Shown: positions 38,766 through 49,399 of the stretch, piece after piece
How positions within the stretch are numbered: position 1 is the stretch's first letter
How the letters are laid out: each line of letters begins with the position of its first letter
Assembly (NCBI RefSeq): GCF_000143415.4
Contig: NW_003314279.1
Location: 978,091 to 1,042,090 of the forward strand
From: Selaginella moellendorffii
Lineage: Eukaryota > Plantae > Lycopodiophyta
Direction: 5' to 3'
DNA length: 64,000 nt
Made by a program: the position numbers and the translations under genes
The notes under the pieces: generated by a model
The model's input: only the letters and a program-made list of their open reading frames with translations
Told to the model about the DNA's origin: nothing
The model's database searches: none

Positions 38766-39692
38766 TTATGGCCGTCGCCACAAGAGAAGCATGGGCTCAG
38801 AGGCACGATAGATAGAGATAGATCCACTATTTTCAAGCACCAAATTGGTTCCAAGTATGCAGTGAGGCTGTGGTTGGCAGTAAATGTTTGATGCAAAGAT
38901 ACCTCTTCCATCTCCTCCTACGAGCACCAAGTTCCCATCCCTTTGGAGAGTGAGTACACATCCAACTCCTTTTCCAGCCGTAGAACTCGACCAAAGCTCC
39001 TTCCATCCCCTCGCCAATAGCACCAAGTTACAGTTGTATTCCAAAACAAGCTCGTAGAAGCCGTTCGGAGACACAAGACGAGAGCCACTGTAGAGGTCGG
39101 ATCCAAGCTCTCCTCGCTCTCCGCTCATCATTCCAGAGCGAAAGGGATAGCAGTCATTTTGGTCATACAGATCTCTAGTAGAGTTGAGAGTTGGATTGAG
39201 TTGGGAAAGATTGTAAACACCCTCAAAAGGTAGACTATGCGATGCAAGATGACCTTGCGGCTGAGTTGTGTAGATAGTTAAGTAGTTAATGCTTACACGT
39301 CCTGAGGTGGCTATTATGTGGCTATAGCCATACATGCGAGCTAGTCCTCCAACTTGATCAACTAGGAAATTGAAAGCTGCTCTGAGATGGGACCCCTGGG
39401 TCATCATTGGGGAGGGTGCAAGGTTGCAACTTCCATCTGCTGCTTGGCTGAAGAGTGTCAGACCTACAATACAGTAGAGGTTGTGATCGATCTGGAGTGT
39501 TGTTGACCATGTCTGTGGACCATAAAATCTGTCCGGGTGGATCTCATTGATGAGGAAGTAGCGAATACGGACCTGCATGGCAATGACCTGCTGGAGGTTG
39601 AGTATGCCCAAGCCAGTTGCGACATCGAAGCGCACACATAAGCAGCTAGAAGGAAAAAAGATTGTCCACAGAAACAAGAGCAGCACCAACAT
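38766..39692 (-). CDS. Secreted protein: unrecognised N-terminal domain + bulb-type lectin, copy 2
   Basis: Intronless; signal peptide MLVLLLFLWTIFFPSSCLC (ATG 39692); colinear with 24267-25184 over its whole length. Confidence 0.87.
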   Translation of the reverse strand: MLVLLLFLWTIFFPSSCLCVRFDVATGLGILNLQQVIAMQVRIRYFLINEIHPDRFYGPQTWSTTLQIDHNLYCIVGLTLFSQAADGSCNLAPSPMMTQGSHLRAAFNFLVDQVGGLARMYGYSHIIATSGRVSINYLTIYTTQPQGHLASHSLPFEGVYNLSQLNPTLNSTRDLYDQNDCYPFRSGMMSGERGELGSDLYSGSRLVSPNGFYELVLEYNCNLVLLARGWKELWSSSTAGKGVGCVLTLQRDGNLVLVGGDGRGIFASNIYCQPQPHCILGTNLVLENSGSISIYRASEPMLLLWRRP

Positions 39693-40674
39693 GTTTCTTG
39701 CCTCAAGTTGAGCTTCAATTTTCAAATATTGCATTTGCAACAAAGGGCTCTTAATCATTGGGATTCTTGGCTGCATTGACTAATGGCCATTTCGAACTTT
39801 GACTATTAAGAACAATGGATTGACTATGAATGGGAATGTCAACAACCAGGTGTTCTAGGTCAATATACTCAATAAAATATAAGAAATTATTTTGGAGCAT
39901 TTTGTTGGTTTGTCAGTATTTGATTTTAGTTGATTACATGTAGTGTCATGCCAAGAGTTGGCATTTACTAAGTACACCCAGTCATGTACACTCATGCTTT
40001 AAGATGTGGGCACCGCGAGACTATCAAATAGTATAGAAACTTACCATCATACTTTTTCTTCCCAACTTTTTCCTGGGACTTTGTAAATCTAAAGTGGATA
40101 TCTATTTGTTGCAACACCATGCACATTATATAGTTGACGAGTGATGAAGTCATTTCCTTATTAGGAGAGTATTGTGTGTGTGTTGGCATCCCAATCTATG
40201 TCTGCGGTATGAGTCTTGGCATAGGCAACAAGGCAAGCCTTGAGTGCATGTGAGACCGTCTATATCTCTGGGTAGATCTGAAGGTGACACAAGAGCTCTG
40301 CCTGACCATGGCATTCGAGCTCAATCAGGAGGCTGTGGCTTCCTATGTAAGGGCTCCTTGAGTTGGCACTTCCCCGAGAAAAAAAAATGCAAAGAAAACT
40401 ACGATGCTAAGACTGATTGCCAGTTTTTATAATTATAGATGAATCGACGGAGCTATAACGGTGGCATTGGAGACATAACTTCAGTCTAGAAATATTCCTA
40501 CTAGGATTTAAATTCCATGAGACACCACAATCCTCTCCTGATAAGGAACCGGCCAGGTCTCTTTGTCCTGTGCGTGGTCTTCTCCTCCTCCTTTTAACTT
40601 ACTTTAACCCTACAGCTTCACTGCATAATTTGCATCTTGAATGGTCAAAAGATGAATGGAATCTATTCTAGGCT

Positions 40675-40761
40675 AAGATACCTTTTCTATGTCCTATGAG
40701 CACTAAGTTCCTATCTCTCTAGAAAGTGAGTACACATCCAACTCCTTTTCCAGTTGTGGAA
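40675..40761 (-). pseudogene. Short fragment of a further lectin-fusion copy
   Basis: GTGAGTACACATCCAACTCCTTTTCCAG and flanks match ~38895-38985 (the GKGVGCVLTL region). Confidence 0.7.
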
Positions 40762-41299
40762 TGAAGAAGAACGAGAGCAACAATGGATGTATCTTGGGGA
40801 TTTGGAGATTTTTCACAATGCACTCAGTCTTCTTGCACTGGAAGAGATTGGGGACAAAGTAGAGATCACTAAAATGACAATGGAGACAATGCCACTTTCT
40901 AATCCTTGTTTTGTGATGTAGTTTTCTCTAAAGTAGGTGTAGTGTGGTGTTGTTGTTTGATGATAGCAAGTTTATTTAATCATTCTCGCAAATAGTTATG
41001 ACAACTTCACCAAGTGAGTGTAAGTACAAGGGAGCCACATGGTCAGATTCTCTACTACTTTGCAAGCAGTTTGTTAGGAAGGTCAAGCTGTTGACATTCT
41101 ACTTCATGTATCAATTGACATCTTGGACCATTGAGCTTCTTCATATGGCATCAGATAAGCAAGGGTTGTGGAACTCTATCTTAGAGGATGTGTTGCCAAA
41201 CCATCCAGTCAATTGAGAGGTGATGGTAAATTTAATCGTGTTGAAAGTGGTGGAAACCATTCCTCTTGATTTGGTCACTAAGAATGCCTAGCCAAACCT

Positions 41300-41540
41300 T
41301 TTGTTTGTGGGAAACCACTTAAGAATCTCATAGACATTTTCACATGGGACTACTCAGAGTTGAAGGGAGTGTCTTCAAACATCATTGTCCACACCATTTT
41401 GACAAATTCTGTTGTCACTCCTGTCAAGCTAATTGACATTAGTTTCATCTTTCCTGTGGATCTTGTTGAGTGGCTTTCCTTGATTGTACGCATGAAAAAG
41501 GTTAATATTAGAATTTAAGTTTGCATGGATCTAGCCTAAA
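41300..41540 (+). mobile_element. Ty3/gypsy (Athila/Tat-like) pol remnant
   Basis: DIFTWDYSELKGVSSNIIVHTI..TPVK..FIFPVDLVEWLSLIV..KK, the region preceding gypsy RT; degenerate. Confidence 0.6.
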
Positions 41541-41682
41541 GCAGGGCAATTTTTTTATTTTTTTTTTGCGATCTTTGTTAAATGTTAAAGATAGTAAGGA
41601 TGGAGTGTAAGGCAAACCTTGGGTGCCCTGCTCCACACTCCCTACTGGAGTTTTAGACCAGGTGAGACACTTATAAGTGTTT

Positions 41683-42443
41683 CCACAAGAGAGCATGGCC
41701 CCAAAGCATGGTAAATCACGATGGATCCACTATTTTCAAGCACCCAATTGGTTCCAAAATGATTGGTAGTAAATGTTTGATGTAAAGATACCACTCCCAT
41801 CTTGATCAAAGCTCTTTCCATCCCCTTGCTAATATTACCAAGTTACAGTCATATTTCAAAACAAGCTCGAGAGATACAAGATGAGAGCCACTGTAAAGGT
41901 CGGATCCAAACACTCCTCACTCTCAACTCACCATTCCAAAGTTAAAGGCATAACAGTCATTTTGGCCATACAGCTCTCTAGTAGAGTTAAGAGTTGGGAA
42001 AACAGCCTCAAAAAGGCTGACTGTGCATTGCAAGTTGGTGGCAGAGATGTGAAGAGAGTCGGGTAGTCAATGCTTACAAGTCCTAAGGTGGCCATTACAT
42101 GATTATAGCCATGCATACTAGCTAGTGCTGAGACTCGATCAACTAGGGCATTGAAAGCTGCTCTAAGATTTGGACCCGCATTGGGGAGGGTGTAAGGCTG
42201 CAACTTTCATCTGATACTTGGCTAAAGAGCATCAGCCTTACAATGCAAAAAGGTCATGATCAATTCGGAGTGTTGTGGACCATGTCCGTGGATAATAGAA
42301 TCTATCAGGTTGGAGCTGAGTGATGAGGAAGTAGCGAATGTGGAACTCCATGGCCAGGATCTGCTCGAGGTTGAGTGGCCACCCTTTTCATTAATGGGCA
42401 CACGCAAGAACGTCCATAGCAACAGGAGCAACAAGCTTCTCAT
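41683..42443 (-). pseudogene. Frameshifted lectin-fusion copy 3
   Basis: MRSLLLLLLWTF signal; LRAAFNALVDRV..MHGYNHVMATLGLVSIDY; lectin pieces with deletions and frameshifts relative to copy 2. Confidence 0.85.
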
Positions 42444-42615
42444 CTCAAATCAAGCCTCTTCCCAGCCACAAAAGCATTGCATTTGTATTAAGTCTTAATT
42501 CTTGGCCGCATTTGACCAATGGCCATTCCAATGGGTTGAAAGTATTTGTGGAGCATTTTATCCTTTATCATCATTTGGTTAGTTGATTGTTTGCGAAGTA
42601 GGATTTAAAAAACTT

Positions 42616-44055
42616 CTATGAGCACAAGAGCTGGGTCTGTTCATCCCCAGCTTCCCGCGCGTGCACAATGCGCTCCTCCGCCAGCGCCGGGATCTTCTCC
42701 TTGTTGAGCGCGATGGGATCCGGCGCATCAATGAAACTTAGCCAGCTTTTTTTTTTGGCGAGCTGGATCGCCGGGTACACCGCAAATCCCACCAGCGAGA
42801 ACACCACGCTGAGCACCACCGTCTTGGCCGACGCGATGCACATCACCACCACCAGCAGCACCGACGGCACCAGGCACATCACCGTCACCCCGATCGTCCC
42901 CAGCGGAACTTTGTAAGGCCGGACGAGATTCGGCTGCTTGATCCGCAGCCACACGAACGCCGCAAACTCGAGCAGCATCCCGCAGCAGTAGAGGAAGTTT
43001 AGGATCTCGATGATCTCCTGGAAGTTCAGCCACGACAGGAGGATGACCCCGGTGGCCGAGAACAAGATCCCCAGCACCGGCGTCCCATACCTCGACCTCC
43101 GCGCAAATGCCGCGGGCAAGATGCCCCTCTCCGCCATCCCGAGCAGCTGGAAAGAGTCGCTACTCATCTCCGCCTCGAACATCCCGGCGTTGGACAGCAG
43201 CGCCGCCAGCTCCACCCACCACTTGAGCCAGCCGCCGCCGATCTTGAGCGCGATGTGCGCGAAGTAGCCGTCGGCCCAGAGCTTGCGGTCGCCCGGCGGC
43301 GCCGCCCCGGTGCCCGCGAGGAGCGGCAGGAGATACGACGCCACCACCAGGACCAGCGCCGCCGCTAGCGCCCGCGGCACCGTCTCGTGCGGCCGATCCA
43401 CCTCGCCCACCAGCGTACTCACCGAGTCCCAGTAGTTTAGATTCCAGAAGAGCGTGTTGAGGTAGAGCGTCCAGTTGGTGTTGCGGAGATCCACCTCCAG
43501 CCAGCGCGATGGCTCCAGCGATGGGATCGCGAGGAAGAAGAGCACCACGAACGGTAGCAGCGAGAAGATCCCCAGCGCCACCGCGGTGTAGCCCACGATC
43601 GTGAGGCCGCGATAGTTGACGATGGTGAGCGCGGCGGTGATGGCCAGCAGCGAGACCAAACGCACGACGCCGCCGCCGACGCTGGGGATCGCCCACTTGA
43701 GGTAGTCGAGGAACATCACCGGATAGAGCGCGTTGTCGATCACTCCCGACAGCCACTTCCACCATCCCTCCTGGAATCCCCAGAAGGGACCGAAGGCCGC
43801 CTGGATCCACAGCACGTAGCCGCCGTTGTCGGGAAAGGCCGTGGCGAGCTCCGCGGTGATCACGGCCTCGGGGATGCTCCATAGAAAGGGCATGACGATG
43901 AATCCCAGCAGCGTGAGCAGCGCCCCGCCCGCGCCCACCGCGTCCTCCACGCCGAAGGGGCCGCCGGAGACCTCATAGAAAATCAGGAAGACGAGCGGGA
44001 GGAGCGGGAGCTTGCGCTGTTGGTGCTGATTGCTGCCGCGCTTGGGCGAATCCAT
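42616..44055 (-). CDS. Polyamine uptake / L-type amino-acid transporter (PUT/LAT/RMV1 family), intronless
   Basis: LPLVFLIFYEVSGGPFGVED, PFWGFQEGWWKWLSGVIDNALYP, LFWNLNYWDS, FEAEMSSDSFQLLGMAE. ATG taken at 44055. Confidence 0.95.
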   Translation of the reverse strand: MDSPKRGSNQHQQRKLPLLPLVFLIFYEVSGGPFGVEDAVGAGGALLTLLGFIVMPFLWSIPEAVITAELATAFPDNGGYVLWIQAAFGPFWGFQEGWWKWLSGVIDNALYPVMFLDYLKWAIPSVGGGVVRLVSLLAITAALTIVNYRGLTIVGYTAVALGIFSLLPFVVLFFLAIPSLEPSRWLEVDLRNTNWTLYLNTLFWNLNYWDSVSTLVGEVDRPHETVPRALAAALVLVVASYLLPLLAGTGAAPPGDRKLWADGYFAHIALKIGGGWLKWWVELAALLSNAGMFEAEMSSDSFQLLGMAERGILPAAFARRSRYGTPVLGILFSATGVILLSWLNFQEIIEILNFLYCCGMLLEFAAFVWLRIKQPNLVRPYKVPLGTIGVTVMCLVPSVLLVVVMCIASAKTVVLSVVFSLVGFAVYPAIQLAKKKSWLSFIDAPDPIALNKEKIPALAEERIVHAREAGDEQTQLLCS

Positions 44056-44339
44056 GCTGCTACCCACCCTCGGATCTAAAATGCCGGTAGAGAGATCCAA
44101 GTGAAGAGGAATTCCCACTCAGAGGAAGATGTGCAGCCCACCGCGCTGCATCGCCGCGCTCTTGGAGCGCAGGGATCAAGCAATCGCCATCATGCAGTGG
44201 TGCGCCATGCCACAGAAGGAGGAACCCTAAAACTGGTGATCGGACGGTCACAGTTTGTCCTGCGTGGGAAACGTGGGCGTATGACACGTGGACAGATAGT
44301 GATCAACTTTAGATCCCTTTGGCATCTCCAAAAATGCAA

Positions 44340-45104
44340 CTAAGACGATGGCCAGTTTCGATACCATCCCGCCCACGCTGAGACCAATCCACTGATCCCC
44401 AGCGTCACGGCATGGGTCACAAACGGATTGGGCTCGATGTCCGCGAGCGCGATCACGAAATCCGCGACGTTGGCAGCGATCGCCATGGCCGACATCACTC
44501 TCTTCACCCGGATTGCCGTGATCGCAACCCTCTTGGCCTGGATCTGCCCGCCCAGCTTGCTCGATTCATCGCCCAGCTTCGTGTCCCGGCTCCTCACCAT
44601 CGCCTGCAGCTCCAGCGCGAGCCTCCGCTCCTCCCGGACGCCCTGCGCGATGAGAATGGCGTCGGCGATCACGAAGAAGACGTAGCCGAACGCCTCCCCG
44701 GATGACGAGACGAGGGAGAACCGCGGGGCGAGGCTGGGATCGAGGACGCCAATCCGCGAGAGCCAGGTGAAGTGGTCGAAGAAGAAGTAGACCATCTCGC
44801 CGGCGTTGGCGAGGATGGCGAGCGCGAGGAAGGGGAGATTGGGCGCTGGCGCGCGGAGATTGTTGAGGCCCGAGAGCCAGCGGCCGAGGCGGAAGGCCTT
44901 GCGCGCGAGGCCGCACGAGACCTCGAGCGCCTTGGCGCGAGTGGCGAGATTGGGGACGCTTGATCGCTTGCTCCGCCGCGAGAGATGCCAGTGCGAGAGC
45001 TTACCGGTGTACTGGAGCGTCTTCACCAGCTTGTCGATGCCATCGCGCTTGGCCAGGAAGATCACCAACCGGTCCAGGAAATCTTGCTCCCTCTGCTTCT
45101 CCAT
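44340..45104 (-). CDS. PEX11B: Peroxisomal membrane protein 11B
   Basis: LVIFLAKRDGIDKLVKT, LANAGEMVYFFFDH and C-terminal TLGISGLVSAWAGWYRNWPS. Confidence 0.93.
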   Translation of the reverse strand: MEKQREQDFLDRLVIFLAKRDGIDKLVKTLQYTGKLSHWHLSRRSKRSSVPNLATRAKALEVSCGLARKAFRLGRWLSGLNNLRAPAPNLPFLALAILANAGEMVYFFFDHFTWLSRIGVLDPSLAPRFSLVSSSGEAFGYVFFVIADAILIAQGVREERRLALELQAMVRSRDTKLGDESSKLGGQIQAKRVAITAIRVKRVMSAMAIAANVADFVIALADIEPNPFVTHAVTLGISGLVSAWAGWYRNWPSS

Positions 45105-45322
45105 CGCGATTCAATCCAATCAGAGCAATCGTTTCCCGGAAACTTGAGCTATATCGATCGATTTGCTATCGATTTCCCAAGAACTGGATCAATCGACCGC
45201 AAAGTCTCTCGATCGAGTGATAGGACGACACATGAGAACACAAAAATGTGTGGAGCAGCATTATCGAATGTCATATTTCCCGGATTAGATCACACACAAT
45301 TTCCTGCCAATAAATTATCCAA

Positions 45323-45978
45323 TCACACAGTCATTCGTGGGGTCGTCGGGGGTGCGTGCTCCACTCGCTGGACAACCATGGCCGCCTGCCACGTCACCAT
45401 TTGTACGAGCAGGACCCAGGGCAGGAATATCACAAACCCCTCCAAGCTCCGCTGTAAAAATGCTCAAAAGTTACCATGACCATTACCACAAACTTCTTAC
45501 CAGGTTACCGTCCCTCCGCCCTCCAAGCCCAACCTCGCGGCAGGCAAGCCTGTAAAACAAGGATGGTAATGGTGATGGTAATAGTAATACCGGGTATCTT
45601 ACCCCATAGCCAGTAGCGAGAGAGCCCACGCGATAATGGTGGCCGCGTTGGCGGCGATTAGCGTCTTGGCCTTCCACGATGCCACGTGTTGGAGCCCGAG
45701 TATCACCGCCGCCATTCCGACGACCCCGGAGATCAGCGTGGTCAACGCAAGGAATGGAGTCGCCGCATTCCCTGTAAGTAAAAGTCAACTAAAGTCAACA
45801 TACCCAACGTACAAGTTTTACCATGCGTCGATCCTACTACCGGCGAGCCGGGCGTGGACTCCTTGAACGCGCGGTTGAGCGCCCAGCTCGCGAGCGCGAT
45901 GGTGATCACGTAGAAGGTGGTGAGGGCGAGGAGGGAAAAGAGTGAGAGCGCTCTCGCGATTTGGTCCTGGCGAACCAT
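45323..45978 (-). CDS. AWPM-19-like (PM19) membrane protein, multi-exon
   Basis: LASWALN, GNAATPF..SGVVG..LGLQHVASW, AWALSLLAMG, LACREVGLGG, RSLEGFVI; GT-AG introns; stop at 45323. Confidence 0.82.
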
Positions 45979-46414
45979 CTCCTCGAGTTCCTCCGAGAGA
46001 ACTTTGGATGATCTAAGAGCTTATGAGCAAGCCAATGCAGATGTTAAGAAGACTTGGGGTGGTCGAGCCGGGCCTCGCAGAGGAAGCAGCAAAAGCAGCA
46101 GCAGATCACCGCGTCGAGAACGTAAGCCAGTCGGATCACGATCGACGACGCCTGGCCGAAGCAACCACAGATCTTTGCGAGCGGCGACGAAGAACACGAC
46201 GAGAAATCCAGAGGAAGGAAGAACACTCCCCACATTTATCACACGAAAGCTAGCTGGCTCTCTTTGGACCAAATCCAAAACTCCCCAAATCCACGAGTCG
46301 TTTTGTAGCACGCTGCTTCGGTCGCTCTCTCCGAAAGGAAGCATCTCGTGTCCGGCAATGGATGGATATTCGTTGCTTTAGCATAGATATTTCCGTTGCT
46401 TTGGATTAGGGTTT

Positions 46415-46551
46415 NNNNNNNNNNNNNNNNNNNNNNNNNNNNNNNNNNNNNNNNNNNNNNNNNNNNNNNNNNNNNNNNNNNNNNNNNNNNNNNNNNNNNN
46501 NNNNNNNNNNNNNNNNNNNNNNNNNNNNNNNNNNNNNNNNNNNNNNNNNNN
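46415..46551. other. Assembly gap (137 N)
   Basis: Run of N. Confidence 1.
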
Positions 46552-46600
46552 TACAGATAGGGCCAGGGCGAAGATCTCTGTGGATTTCCTGATCGGTGCG

Positions 46601-48135
46601 ATGGAGTGCGTGTGCTGTGATACTCGGCCGATGCAACAGCTTCCTGTCCGAGCGCCAAGATCGAGGGCATTTCCTGGTCCAGAGCTAAAATCCAAGCTGC
46701 CAAGGTTGCGGAGGAGAAATTTTCACGTAGAAGGTCGAGAGGTATGTCTAGATAGCCAGCAACAACAGGGGATGAGGAATTTTCACGTAGAGCGTCGAGA
46801 CGTCGGTGAAGGTAGTCGCGAGGAATTGTGGATGATGGATTGGAAACCGGGAGTGGTGACAGCCGCAGTGGTTTTCTCGCTCTCCTTGCCTAGTTCGTCT
46901 CCCTCGGCGCTGGAGATCGACCGGGTGTCTCCAGCCAAGCAAGCAGAGGTAGCACGGGCTTTAGTGTTGGATGGAGCGAGGAATTTGGATCGTTCTTTGG
47001 AGGTATCAGTAGCGCTCAATGCTCCGGAAGTCTCGATCGTCCCAGTGACGAACAAGGTTGTACAAGCAGTGGCGAGGCCCAAGGCGGTGCCGGTCATAAA
47101 CCCGGTGGTGGTGTCATCCAGCTCCAGGCTTCTTGCGAGGATATTGCAGCACTTTGGTGGCGGCGGTATTGCCGGGGCGATTGGAGCGGCCTTGGTGTAT
47201 CCGCTCGACACGATAAAAACTCGCATGCAAGCACAGGTAAGAGAAAAAAAAAAAAAATCCTTCGTTTTCATTTCTAACTTTTAACTTTGTGTTTTCCAGA
47301 ACAATGACGAAGAATGTAAATACAAGAACGAGATAGATTGCTTTAGGAAACTCGTAGCTGACGAGGGAATGGGGTCATTGTACAGCGGATTGCTACCCCA
47401 GCTCGTTGGAATAGCTCCGGAGAAGGTAACTTTGCGAGGTTTTCTATTCCAAGGTCTAAACATTTTTTATTTCTTTTAATACTTAACGCAGGCTGTAAAG
47501 CTGACAGTAAACGAGCTCCTGCTAGAGCTGCTGGAGCACGTAATGCCTGGCACTGGACTGTGGTTTCTCGAGCTCATTGCCGGGAGCGGTGGAGGCTTCT
47601 CGCAGGTGGTCTTCACAAACCCGATGGAGATCGTCAAAGTCCGGCTCCAAACCCAGACAACGTCCAACAAGCGTGGCTTCTGCGAAGTAGTCAAGGAGCT
47701 AGGCTTCCGGGGGCTGTACCACGGCGCAGGGGTGACGCTGGCCAGAGACATCCCAAGCTCGGGCATTTTCTTCGCGTGCTACGCTATCCTCTGCCAGCTC
47801 TACCCGGACCAAGGATTTGCCGATGGATTCCTAGCAGCCATTCCTGCGACAGTTCTCTCCACTCCAATGGACGTCGTCAAGACGAGGCTACAAGTAAGTC
47901 CACAAACTCCGCCATACCCGATCTTCCCGCTAACAAAATGTTCTTCTTCTTATAGATGGAGCTTCCGGACGGCCAGATCCCGCACGAGAACGCGCTGGCT
48001 TGCCTCAAGAGCGTATGGGTGGCAGAGGGTCCAAGAGCGCTGTTCAAAGGGAGCCTCGCCCGTGTGCTGCGAACGAGTCCACAGTTTGGCGTCACGCTGG
48101 TGGTGTATAACTTCATCTGCGGCAGCGGATCTTAG
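46601..48135 (+). CDS. Mitochondrial carrier family protein, aspartate/glutamate-carrier (AGC/citrin)-like, with long N-terminal extension (4 exons)
   Basis: Three carrier signatures [33 protein letters not shown]; [32 protein letters not shown] and [14 protein letters not shown]. Confidence 0.85.
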
Positions 48136-49399
48136 GTAGCTGAGGAAAAGATAAGTACGCGCACAAACAATCAAGCGAGTGAGGAGGAGGAGAAGCAAAG
48201 TCAAAGTCAGGAAGGAGGGACTTTACTCCCACCTTAAAACTTTCGGCTGTAAATACGAGGCAGGCAGGCACAGGCCCAGGCAGAGAAGGGAAGAAATCAA
48301 GGCAGAGGGGAACCAGCGGTTACATTAGAGCAAGCAAAGAAAATCTCGCGGGTCTTTGATAACTTCAAGGCGAGGTAACAGTGATGGATTGGGGGGAAAG
48401 AAGCAGAAGGTTCCTTCCTCGCTCTTCGCCCGATCAGATCAGATTGATTGAATAGAAATCATCGTTCTCGACGCTGACGCACACGTGGAAGAGAAAAATC
48501 TCTGGGAACGGGAGGAGTTACTTAGTACCGGAGAAAAAAAAGAGAAAGAAACAAGCAAAACGGCAGCGCTCTCTTTCTCTCTCTCTCTTTCATCTAAGTG
48601 AGGGATGAGAGTGACCACTGCCAGCCAGCAACAACAAACACACGACAGCCTGTTTGTTTGGCAACTTGTCCAAAAATGACAAGAAACTGAGTGCTATGTC
48701 ACAACCCAAACAATGTCACAACCCAAACAAACGAGAGTTAAGAGAAAAAAGGTACCTCTCTTTTTCGTTATTTCGCCACACCAATTAAGAAACCCGAGAA
48801 ACTTCAACATCACCACCCCTCACAAAATTAGTTGATCAAATCCTCGCCTCCTGTTCTGTGCTTGCTCCTCTTGTTGCTACATACTTTTCCTTCTGTCTCC
48901 TGTGCTCTACTCTCTAAAGTATCTCTCTATCCATCCATCCATCTATCTACATCTGCGATATCACCACCCTGCCCGGCCCCTCACTCGTTTTTAACAGCGG
49001 TATTGTTGTAAAGTGTATGTAGCGGCAATCTCGCTTCCATGGAGCTTTGCTTTTTTCCTTGTCACCTAGGCCCCCCCTTGATAGTCTTGTTCCTCCAGAC
49101 TTCCCCGTCGTTGCTTTAACTTTCTACTTTCCTTGCTCTGTAATCTTTGCCCGCCACCCCCAGTCGTGATCCACACAGCTATAGAGCGCGTCGGACCCCA
49201 CTTATCTACTGGTACATATAGTACACGGAATGGAAGAACCTGTAAACACAACCCGCGTAGTTAAGGCTCGCTCGGAGATGAAAGCTTGCCTTTTTCGAAG
49301 TGTGGAGGAGTGCACCAGCACCAGCAGTAGATCGTCCCACTGGATTGATCGATGCGGTTGAATCGAGCGTAGTACCCCTCCCTGGACCCAACTTGCCAG

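Noticed and set aside
46000-46414. Possible gene between AWPM-19 and the N-gap
   Set aside because: Several short overlapping ORFs without recognisable motifs or a consistent splice model; adjacent to a gap, so unresolved.
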